Origin: a virus
Lineage: Duplodnaviria; Caudoviricetes
Direction: 5' to 3' (one strand)
Length of the DNA stretch: 31,948 nt
Virus record (IMG/VR): IMGVR_UViG_3300036832_000322
Location: 1 to 31,948 of that record
Shown here: in pieces, positions 16,887 to 24,415 of the stretch
Layout: each line of letters opens with the position of its first letter
Numbering within the stretch: the stretch's first letter is position 1
The notes under the pieces: model-generated
Told to the model about the DNA's origin: nothing
Database searches by the model: none
What the model saw: the letters and a program-made list of their open reading frames with translations, nothing else
Program-made: the position numbers and the translations under genes

Positions 16887-17552
16887 ATGGCAAAAACGGC
16901 ACCGAAAGACGACGGCGTCGCGATCATTCAAGCGGCGAACATTGTCACGACAACCCTACGGATCCGCTCACGCTCACCGTTCGTACAAAACAAATTCGGT
17001 CAAAAAGGGAAAGCGCAAATGATGGCGGCCATGTCGACGCCGAAAGCGGCGCGGCCGGCCAAATCGGCGCGCGCGCCGCGAGATTTCGATCAGGATTTTG
17101 AGCAGGCGCAGCATAAGGCCGTCGGCGGGTGGGTCGGGATCCCGTGCTCGGCGTTTCGCGCCGCGATGATCGCGGCCTGTCGAACGGTAAATGTCGTCAT
17201 GACCAAGGCCAAGATGGCGGTCTTTATCGTCGCCGACGGATTCGACGCCGACGACGGGACGCCGCTCGTGCGATTGCAGAGTGCGGCGCCGCCCGAACGC
17301 ACTGAGTTACCCGTACGCAACGACAACGGATCGGCCGACATCCGGGTGCGCCCGATGTGGCGTGAGTGGTGGGCCGACGTCACGATCGAATTTGACGCCG
17401 ACATGATCACGGCCGAGTCGGTGATCAATCTGCTCGATCGCGCGGGCCGTCAGGTCGGCGTCGGCGAGGGGCGCCCCTTCTCGAAAAATTCCGTCGGCAT
17501 GGGGTGGGGCACATTCACCGTAGAACCGACGGCAAAGGAGCACGCCGCATGA
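16887..17552 (+). CDS. stand-alone Cas7/RAMP-like protein (candidate effector of the pentamer-repeat array)
   Basis: RBS GGAG. RAMP-type motifs: LRIRSRSPFVQ (beta1), GIPCSAFRAAM (cf. IPGSSxKG), C-terminal Gly-rich loop GVGEGRP..SVGMGWGTF. No other cas genes nearby. Confidence 0.75.
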   Translation: MAKTAPKDDGVAIIQAANIVTTTLRIRSRSPFVQNKFGQKGKAQMMAAMSTPKAARPAKSARAPRDFDQDFEQAQHKAVGGWVGIPCSAFRAAMIAACRTVNVVMTKAKMAVFIVADGFDADDGTPLVRLQSAAPPERTELPVRNDNGSADIRVRPMWREWWADVTIEFDADMITAESVINLLDRAGRQVGVGEGRPFSKNSVGMGWGTFTVEPTAKEHAA

Positions 17553-18076
17553 AAGCGACCAATACCGATCTCGGGCGCGAGCATCTCCGCGCGGCCTTAC
17601 ACGCGATCGTCGAAGGCAATCACGGCGTGCTCGATCCGCGCCACGTGCTCGATCACGCGCGCGATCCCGAGCACGTGTTGCACGGCTATTTCGAATGGGA
17701 CGACACGGTAGCGGGTGAAGCGTACCGGCTCGCGCAAGTCGGCGCGCTCATTCGGCACGTGCGATACACCGTCGTGCGCGCCGATCCCGCGACGCGGGCG
17801 ATCGCGATCTCGACGACGCGCGCGTATCAGAGTCGGCCGAGTATGCGCGGGAAGGGCAAGGGCGGGTACGAGGATGTCGTCGCGATCCTCAGCGACGCCG
17901 CCAAACGCGCGGAATTGCTCGGACACGTCGTACGCGAGCTCTCGGCATATCGCAAGCGGTACGCCGAATTGTCGGAACTTGAAACGGTGTGGATCGCGGT
18001 CGACGAGGTACGCAGCGATCTCGAGATTCCGCCGTCCGCTCCAACGGCGGAACCACGGCACGGTGCGGCTGACTAG
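17549..18076 (+). CDS. phage protein coupled to the RAMP-like gene (accessory gene)
   Basis: RBS AAGGAG and ATGA overlap. VLDHARDPEHVLHGYFEWDD..AGEAYRL.Q...LIR motif. Its stop codon overlaps the first base of the array. Confidence 0.75.
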   Translation: MKATNTDLGREHLRAALHAIVEGNHGVLDPRHVLDHARDPEHVLHGYFEWDDTVAGEAYRLAQVGALIRHVRYTVVRADPATRAIAISTTRAYQSRPSMRGKGKGGYEDVVAILSDAAKRAELLGHVVRELSAYRKRYAELSELETVWIAVDEVRSDLEIPPSAPTAEPRHGAAD

Positions 18077-18566
18077 GCGCGGCGAGGTTGGGCGAGGGCT
18101 GGCGCGGCAGGTGTGGCTCGGGCTGGCATGGCAGGGCCCGGTGGGCGCGGTTAGGCGTCGCCCGGTGGGGTACGGCTAGGCGTGGCAGGCGGCGCGCGGC
18201 GTGCCGTGGTTAGGTATGGCGTCCGGCGGTGCGGCTAGGTTGGGCGCGGCAGGCGCGGCGCGGTTAGGTATGGCACGTCGGGGCGTGTCACGGGTTGGTT
18301 GGGCGCGGCAGGTGTGGTTTGGCACGGCACGGGCTGGCGCGGCGCCGTACGGTCGGGTGCGGCGCGGCAGGTGGCGCATGGTCAGGCAAGGCGGGGATTG
18401 GTCTGGCAGGGCCAGGTAAGGCGAGGCGCGGCAGGTAGGGCGCGGTCGGCACGCTCGGGCTCGGCGCGGCCAGGCTCGCGGTGGCGTGGCAGGCGTGACG
18501 AGGCGAGGTGCGGCATGGCGAGGCGCGGCATGGTGCGGCATAGCGAGGTATGGCGAGGCGCGGCGA
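18076..18566 (+). ncRNA. GGY-NN pentamer array (putative multi-guide RNA precursor)
   Basis: Hand parse gives 91 pentamers (74 start with GGY), seven GGCA 4-mers and two other 4-mers. GGCGYGGCAGGY recurs at 18101, 18179, 18243, 18302, 18361, 18425 and 18483. Confidence 0.8.
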
Positions 18567-18624
18567 CGCGGCCCAAGGATCAACCCGAGCTCGATCCCAT
18601 TTGAGACGGAAAGGCGGCGGACTA

Positions 18625-18846
18625 ATGAGTCGACGGACGACGAAACTCGAAGAAGCAATCACCGCGATCACGAAAGAAATTGACGCCGCGGTTTTCGAGC
18701 TCGCCGTGCTGCAAGGGACGCGCGAACGCTTGCGCGCCTTGCGCCGGCGCGAGCCCGACGAGGCGCGCGAGCTCGAACTCGAGGCCGACGACGCAGCGCC
18801 CGTCGTCGCGGCGATCGGGCCCAATGGACGCGAGCGCCAGGGGTAA
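18625..18846 (+). CDS. small coiled-coil hypothetical protein
   Basis: ATG at 18625 after GGAAAGG. MSRRTTKLEEAITAITKEIDAAVFELAVLQGTRERLRAL shows a heptad pattern. Confidence 0.65.
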   Translation: MSRRTTKLEEAITAITKEIDAAVFELAVLQGTRERLRALRRREPDEARELELEADDAAPVVAAIGPNGRERQG

Positions 18847-18850
18847 CCCC

Positions 18851-19228
18851 ATGTGGGCCCGGCTCGACGACGCGTTGATTGATCACGCCAAAATTTTCAC
18901 CGCGGGCGCGCACCTCGGCACGAACGGCGCGGCGATCGCGATCGGGATGTTCGCCGTCGGGTTGATTTGGTCGAATCGCCATTTGAGCGACGGGTTTTTA
19001 CCGGCCGCCGTTGTGAAACGGTTTCCGCACGTCGAACGCCCGCTAAAAGTCGCCGATGCCCTCGTGAAGGCGGGATTGTGGGAAACGACCGAGGGCGGGT
19101 TTCGCGTGCATGACTTTCACGAGTGGAACCTCGGCCATGCCGACGCGCGCGCGAAACGGGATCACGTCGCCGATGTGCGTTCGAAAGCGGGCACCAACGG
19201 CGCGCGCGTCCGATGGCAAAAGCGATAG
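18851..19228 (+). CDS. replication initiator N-terminal (RepA-like winged-helix) domain
   Basis: MWARLDD.LIDH.K, W.N...SDGFLP, LVKAGLWE...GGFRVHDF.EWN. Ends at a cluster of iteron-like repeats. Confidence 0.75.
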   Translation: MWARLDDALIDHAKIFTAGAHLGTNGAAIAIGMFAVGLIWSNRHLSDGFLPAAVVKRFPHVERPLKVADALVKAGLWETTEGGFRVHDFHEWNLGHADARAKRDHVADVRSKAGTNGARVRWQKR

Positions 19229-19376
19229 CAAACGTGATGGCAAACGACATGGCAAAACGCCGCATTTGTCACGATGGCAAATGGCAAAACCGATGGCAAA
19301 CCGATGGCCCCTATCCCTGTACGTACCTTTTTGCTATCGGAGGTACGGGCGAGCACGGAGTGCAGAGCCCCGTACC
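19212..19376. repeat. putative replication origin (iterons and hairpin)
   Basis: ATRGCAAA-core repeats at 19212, 19224, 19236, 19248, 19273, 19281 and 19292, partial at 19303, inverted at 19330-19339. GGTACGGG/CCCGTACC stem at 19342-19376. Confidence 0.7.
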
Positions 19377-19406
19377 GACGTACCAGATCCTTAGGAATTT
19401 GTACCA

Positions 19407-19991
19407 ATGACGGCTCCCGAGTACGCCACCTTCGACCGCGCCTTTGGGCGCGTTCTCGGCGCGTTTCGGGTGAAGTTGACCACGAACGACCGCGACGAGC
19501 TCGCGCGCACCTACTTCAGAATCCTGGAACCCTACGATCTGGGCGAGGTCGTCGAGGCCGGGCGTCGGTGTATCGAGCGATCGAAAAAGTTTCCCCTCGT
19601 GGCCGACTGGCTACTCGAGTTGGGCGGCCGCCCCAGCGCGGCGTTGTCGTTCGACGTCCGCGCCATGACGACGCTCGAGGCCGACGAGCTCGCGGACGCG
19701 GAGCGCGCGTTCTACACGGGTCCGGTCTGTACCTGGGCGTGCTGCGCCGGCGTCGATCGGCCGTTGCGGTTCGTCCCCACCCTGGCCGACAACGGCCTCG
19801 AGGATCGCGCCCTGCACCCGCGGCGGCAACGCGTCGAAGTCGTCGGCCACTGGGCGCACGGCGAGGAGTTGCGCCGGTGGTATGCGGCGCGTGAGGCGTG
19901 TTTCGCGTCGGCGCGCTCGTCTCCGCGCCTCGTGCGGCGCGTCCTGGCGCTCGTCGCTCGGGAACCGGGGTGCGACGATGAGGAAGGATGA
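19407..19991 (+). CDS. replication-module protein (helicase loader/inhibitor-like N-terminus)
   Basis: TYFRILEPYDLGEVVEAGRRCIERSKKFPLVADWL pattern is typical of the gene following a phage initiator. Confidence 0.6.
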   Translation: MTAPEYATFDRAFGRVLGAFRVKLTTNDRDELARTYFRILEPYDLGEVVEAGRRCIERSKKFPLVADWLLELGGRPSAALSFDVRAMTTLEADELADAERAFYTGPVCTWACCAGVDRPLRFVPTLADNGLEDRALHPRRQRVEVVGHWAHGEELRRWYAAREACFASARSSPRLVRRVLALVAREPGCDDEEG

Positions 19992-19995
19992 TCCC

Positions 19996-21384
19996 ATGCG
20001 ACACCGTGACACCGACGCGATCGGCGAGGCGCTCGATACCGTCGAATCAACCCTCGACGTGCATACGCGCGCCGTCGAGCGTTTGCGCGCCGCGTACGAC
20101 GCGACACAACCCGCGCCGCCCGTCGACGACGTGATCCACGTGCACGCCGGCGAGGATTTGCGATCGATCCTCGAGCGCGCCCCGGACGGCGCCGTCGTCG
20201 AGTGTGAGCCGGCGACGTTTCACGGCCCGTTTCTGCTCACGCGGCCGGTGACGCTGCGATCGTCGGTGGCGTGGGACGGCCGCGCGGGGCTCGACATGCC
20301 GGTGTGGTTGACGTCGGCGGCCGAGGATACCGTGAGCGTGCGCGGCCCCGACGTGCGCCTCGTGCGCGGCCTCGGGATCACCAACAGTAATCCGGATTAC
20401 CAATTGCTCGCGATCACGCGCGAGGCAACGCGGACGCTCGTCGATCAAGTCTCGTGCGTCGGCGATCCGCACTACGGGCAACGCCGCGGGATCCGGCCCG
20501 AGGGATCCGTCGTCGTGATCCGTCGGTGTTACGTCGATCACATCGGGCGGCCCGGGCTCGAGACGCAAGCCGTGTGCGGCGTCGTCGGCGGCCGCGAGAT
20601 TTTGATCGACGATTCGTATCTCTGCGGCGCGGCCGAGGCGGTCATGTTTGGGGGCGGCGACACGCCGAGTAGCGATCTCACGCCGACGAACATCCGGATC
20701 ACGCGCTCGACGCTCACCAAGCGCGTCGATTGGTACGGCGCCGGGTGGCAGATCAAAAACGCGCTCGAATTGAAAAACGCGCGCGGCGTCTACGTCGCCG
20801 ATACTGTCATGCAATACGCCGGCATGGCCGAGGGGCAAAGCGCATTCGTGGCCGTGTTTACGCCGCGCAACCAAGACGGCGGATCACCGTGGGCGTGCGT
20901 CGAAGACGTGCTCATCGAGCGGTGCCGGTGCGAGTACGGCGGCGCGTGCGCGTCGTTCATGGGGAGCGATTATCAATACCCGTCGGGCGTGCTGCGGAAC
21001 ATCACGATCCGTAACGTGCTCTTTGATCACATCGATCCGTGGGGGATCACGGGCGGATCGGGGAATTGTTTTCAGATCCAACGCGCGCCCGAGCACGTCA
21101 CGCTCGATCGCGTCACCGTCCGCGGGCAACATTTGAACGCGTGCTTGTACTTCGGGCCCGACATGGCGCCGCCCTGGCTCACCGTGCGCGACGTCGTGAT
21201 CCCGGCCGCGTTTACCGATCCGCACGAGAACGATCCGTATACGTGGAAAATCGACGGGGGCGGCCAGGGCGAGGCCGCGGCGCGCGCGTTCTGTACCTTC
21301 CCCGACGATGCGTCGAAAAACGCCGTGATCGAGCGCGTCGGCACCCCCGACGCCGCGGGGGCGTCCGGGTACCCGGAGGAATAA
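19996..21384 (+). CDS. right-handed beta-helix (pectin-lyase-like) protein
   Basis: RBS AGGAAGG. Repeated beta-coil pattern, KNALELKNARGV and FTPRNQDGGSPWACVEDVLIE motifs. Alternative ATG at 19978. Confidence 0.75.
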   Translation: MRHRDTDAIGEALDTVESTLDVHTRAVERLRAAYDATQPAPPVDDVIHVHAGEDLRSILERAPDGAVVECEPATFHGPFLLTRPVTLRSSVAWDGRAGLDMPVWLTSAAEDTVSVRGPDVRLVRGLGITNSNPDYQLLAITREATRTLVDQVSCVGDPHYGQRRGIRPEGSVVVIRRCYVDHIGRPGLETQAVCGVVGGREILIDDSYLCGAAEAVMFGGGDTPSSDLTPTNIRITRSTLTKRVDWYGAGWQIKNALELKNARGVYVADTVMQYAGMAEGQSAFVAVFTPRNQDGGSPWACVEDVLIERCRCEYGGACASFMGSDYQYPSGVLRNITIRNVLFDHIDPWGITGGSGNCFQIQRAPEHVTLDRVTVRGQHLNACLYFGPDMAPPWLTVRDVVIPAAFTDPHENDPYTWKIDGGGQGEAAARAFCTFPDDASKNAVIERVGTPDAAGASGYPEE

Positions 21385-21386
21385 TC

Positions 21387-21530
21387 ATGTTGACTGTTGC
21401 CTTGCTCTTGGCGCTCGTCGCGTTTCTCCTGACGCTCGGGGCCGCGCTCACTCCCCCGCGCGTCCCGCTGTGGGTGGCCGTGTTGCTGCTGTCCGTCGCG
21501 TTGCTGTTGCAATCGATCCCGATTCGGTGA
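21387..21530 (+). CDS. small two-TM membrane protein (holin-like candidate)
   Basis: RBS GGAGG. MLTVALLLALVAFLLTLGAALTPPRVPLWVAVLLLSVALLLQSIPIR. Confidence 0.6.
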   Translation: MLTVALLLALVAFLLTLGAALTPPRVPLWVAVLLLSVALLLQSIPIR

Positions 21531-21541
21531 AAGGGGGCCCG

Positions 21542-21787
21542 ATGCCGCGCTATCTCTCGATCTATGCCGACTCGCGCGCGCCAGGCACGTGCCGATCGTG
21601 CGGCGCGCCGATCGAGTGGGCCGAGCTCACCACGGGGCGCCGGATGCCATTCGATCGGATTGGCGCGGCGACGGAACAAACCGGGTTATTTATCGGCGAT
21701 CGCGTGGTGCATGTGCTCGACTCCGACTCTAGCCCCACGCATTTTCAAACCTGCCCCGACTCGAAGGCGTGGCGGCGCCGCGCGTGA
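21542..21787 (+). CDS. small zinc-binding phage protein
   Basis: RBS AGGGGG. CRSCGAPIEW..T.GR.MP.D..HFQTCP family motif. Confidence 0.75.
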   Translation: MPRYLSIYADSRAPGTCRSCGAPIEWAELTTGRRMPFDRIGAATEQTGLFIGDRVVHVLDSDSSPTHFQTCPDSKAWRRRA

Positions 21788-22272
21788 CGCTAAGTTTCAC
21801 AGTTTACGGCGTCGCCCTCACCAAGGGGAATCACCGGGCGATCCATCTGAAGGGCATGAAGTTTCCGATCGTGACGGAAAGCAATCGCAACGTCGCGTCG
21901 TGGCAACAACTCGTCGCCGCGGCCGCGAGCCAGGCGCTCGCCACGGCGCCGGCCAGCGATCGCGCGTTGCTCACGGGCGGCGTCCGTCTGACGGTGGCGT
22001 TTTATCTCCCGCGGCCGAAAAAATTTGGCAAGCGCGGCGTGTTCGTGCACCACACGATCAAGCCGGATCTCGATCGGCTCGAGCGCGCGATCCTCGACGC
22101 GCTCACGGGGATCGCGTATCGCGACGACAAACAAGTGACCGAGATCGTCACGGGGAAGTATTACGCCGGCGTCGACGAGCCGGCGCACGTCGAGATCCGC
22201 GCCGAGCCGGCGCCGCCCGGCCGGACGGGCGTGCACGCGATCACGCGTCCGCTCTTTGAGGCCGTCGGATGA
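21784..22272 (+). CDS. rusA: RusA-family Holliday junction resolvase
   Basis: LSFTVYG....KG, FYLPRPK, KPDLDRLERAILDALTGIAYRDDKQV, K.Y. Arg sits at the usual Lys position of DxDxxxK. Confidence 0.85.
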   Translation: MTLSFTVYGVALTKGNHRAIHLKGMKFPIVTESNRNVASWQQLVAAAASQALATAPASDRALLTGGVRLTVAFYLPRPKKFGKRGVFVHHTIKPDLDRLERAILDALTGIAYRDDKQVTEIVTGKYYAGVDEPAHVEIRAEPAPPGRTGVHAITRPLFEAVG

Positions 22273-22937
22273 CGGGCCGCTATCGCGACGGGATCGGCCT
22301 CGAGCGGTGCGTCGAGTGTTTACGGGTGATCGGGGATTGCGAGTGCGCGGTCTACGCCGGCCAGGTGTACGCCGCGAGAAAGGCGACGATGCGACTCTTT
22401 GATTGTGATCACGTGGGGTGCTATCTCGACTCGATCGGCCACCGTGTCGAAAAAGATTCCGACGGCCTCGAGCGGCGCATGGTGGATCTCACCTTGCGCG
22501 TGCAACCCTTCACCGTGGAACTCGCGCAAGCCTTGCACGGCGACGTGCGCGCGTTGCTCTTTACGATGAGCGACGCGACGCCAAAATCGATCGTCAAGGC
22601 CGCGGCCTTCGCGCTCAGTGTCCCGAATCAAACGATCACGGTCCGGCCGATCCCCGAGGCCGACGACGGCGCGCTCGTGTTTATGGACGTCGAGATCACC
22701 GATATTCGCGCGCGGACCGAGAAAGGCGTCGACGGGTACGCGTGCGTCTTTTATGCGAGTCTCGGGCCCGTGTCGCCGCGCGAGCTCGAGATGATCTGTG
22801 CCTGGCATACCGAGCAACGGTTTCTCACGGCGCACCCGCAGCAACCGCTACTCGATTTTGCCGGCGCGCCCGAGCCCGAGCCCCCGGGGCCGCGGCCGGC
22901 GCGCAACCGGCGCCAGGCGCGCGAGGCCTCGGCGTGA
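22269..22937 (+). CDS. hypothetical protein
   Basis: ATGA overlap with rusA and GTGA overlap with the methyltransferase. May start at the internal MRLFD. Confidence 0.6.
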   Translation: MTGRYRDGIGLERCVECLRVIGDCECAVYAGQVYAARKATMRLFDCDHVGCYLDSIGHRVEKDSDGLERRMVDLTLRVQPFTVELAQALHGDVRALLFTMSDATPKSIVKAAAFALSVPNQTITVRPIPEADDGALVFMDVEITDIRARTEKGVDGYACVFYASLGPVSPRELEMICAWHTEQRFLTAHPQQPLLDFAGAPEPEPPGPRPARNRRQAREASA

Positions 22938-23478
22938 GACGACTCACCGTGGGGAGTTTATTCAGCGGGATCGGCGGATTCGATCTCGGATTTGCGCGCG
23001 CCGGTTTCGAGATCGCGTGGCAAGTGGAGATCGATCCGTTTTGTCGGGCCGTGCTCGAGAAACATTGGCCGACTGTGAGGCGGTACGAGGATGTGCGAAC
23101 CGTGGGATCTGAACTCGAGCGCGTCGACGTGCTGTGCGGCGGATTCCCCTGCCAGGATATCAGCGTCGCCGGCCGCGGCGCCGGGATCGACGGCGCCCGA
23201 TCGGGCCTGTGGAGTCACTTCGCTCGACTCATTGGCGAGTTACGACCGGCGTACGTCGTCGTGGAAAATGTCACAGCGTTGCTTACTCGAGGATTGGGAC
23301 GAGTCCTTGGCGACCTGGCCGCGCGCGGGTATGACGCGGAATGGGACTGCTTACCAGCGTCAGCCTTTGGCGCCAATCACCGCCGCGACAGAATCGACGA
23401 TGACATCGACAATGACATTCGGTGCCTTCAGCGCCGCGCAGATGGCGTAGTACCGATCCAGATCCTGTTCAGCCGCGG

Positions 23479-23775
23479 TCATGACGCCGTCTCCTCGGGA
23501 TGTGCGCTGCCGAGCCGTCCGACCGTCGTGCGGTCGAGCACGCACACGACCGACGTCCACCGGGACGGCCTCAGGGTCGCTGCTGCGGTTTTAACCGCCC
23601 ATCGGTAACACTGGTCAACCGATGGCGCGCTTATCTCGCCTCGTAGGGTTTGGGGCGGCTCGCGCTCATACTCGAACGTGACCACGTACCGGACGCAGAG
23701 ACGGGCGGCCGGTCGAGGACGGGCCGCGGGGGCGACGACGGGGGAGACGTTTCGGATCTGTGTTAGTGTTTGCAT
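23479..23775 (-). CDS. hypothetical protein within the inserted segment
   Basis: RBS GAAAGGA. Coupled to a downstream truncated ORF (ATG 23482). Confidence 0.6.
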   Translation of the reverse strand: MQTLTQIRNVSPVVAPAARPRPAARLCVRYVVTFEYEREPPQTLRGEISAPSVDQCYRWAVKTAAATLRPSRWTSVVCVLDRTTVGRLGSAHPEETAS

Positions 23776-23858
23776 TGCGCTGTCCTTTCCGGGGATCTGA
23801 GCACGCGCAAACGTGCTCGACAGAGACGGGGCCGAGACATTCGGCCCCGTTTGCTGTT

Positions 23859-24128
23859 TCAGGGCTGTTCGTCAGCGGCACGCGCCGCCAGCAGCTTGCG
23901 GATGTCTGAAATTTTCCACGCGCTCACGCGCTCGGAAAGTTTCACGGGTTTCGGGTACAGCCCGGCCTGTACACCGCGATGCCACGAACTTTCCCCGATG
24001 GGAAACAATTCGAGAATGACGGGCAGCCGCACGTACCCGAGGTCATCGTCGGACAATGTCGCGGGCGTGTGATGTTTCTTGATAGCTTTTGGTGGCATGT
24101 GGGGCCTCATCGTTCGATGGGTCATCAT
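23859..24128 (-). CDS. alpA: AlpA-family transcriptional regulator
   Basis: GYVRLPVILELFPIGESSWHRGVQAGLYPKPVKLSERVSAWKISDIRKLL. Confidence 0.85.
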   Translation of the reverse strand: MMTHRTMRPHMPPKAIKKHHTPATLSDDDLGYVRLPVILELFPIGESSWHRGVQAGLYPKPVKLSERVSAWKISDIRKLLAARAADEQP

Positions 24129-24415
24129 GCCGAGGACGGATCAAGACTGTTGGGAGATTCCCGTTCCTCCCGATCTTCCCGATCTTTTTCGATCCGGGTT
24201 GCGATCAGTCGCGTGAACGGCGGATCTTCCCAATACGAGCGGAACTCGCTACCGCTCAAATGCCATGATTGGTGGCGCGTTGAACCCGACGTGGGTCGAG
24301 TGGCTCATGGGATACCCAACCGAGTGGACCGCCTTAAAGGATTGGGGAACGCGATCGTCCCGCAAATCGCGGAGTGGATCGCCCGTCGCATCCTCGAAGC
24401 GGAAACGGTGACGGC

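Noticed and set aside
18076-18566. Canonical CRISPR array or simple microsatellite/G-quadruplex
   Set aside because: There are no long identical repeats with unique spacers. The NN positions are too diverse and the punctuation too regular for a slippage satellite. G-quadruplex formation is possible but does not explain the segmenting.
18076-18660. ORFs on both strands over the pentamer array (e.g. 18176-18658, 18201-18419, 18299-18604)
   Set aside because: Low-complexity Arg/Gly/Ala or Pro/Arg translations produced by the 5-nt periodicity, with no RBS or coupling.
22418-22933. Long N-terminal extensions given by the ORF track (also 113, 594, 4904, 6376, 15471, 24737 starts)
   Set aside because: They overlap real upstream genes. 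Starts were reassigned using RBS and stop/start overlaps.
23396-24215. IS element or group I/II intron inside the methyltransferase
   Set aside because: No transposase, homing endonuclease, maturase or terminal repeats; the content is truncated opposite-strand genes.
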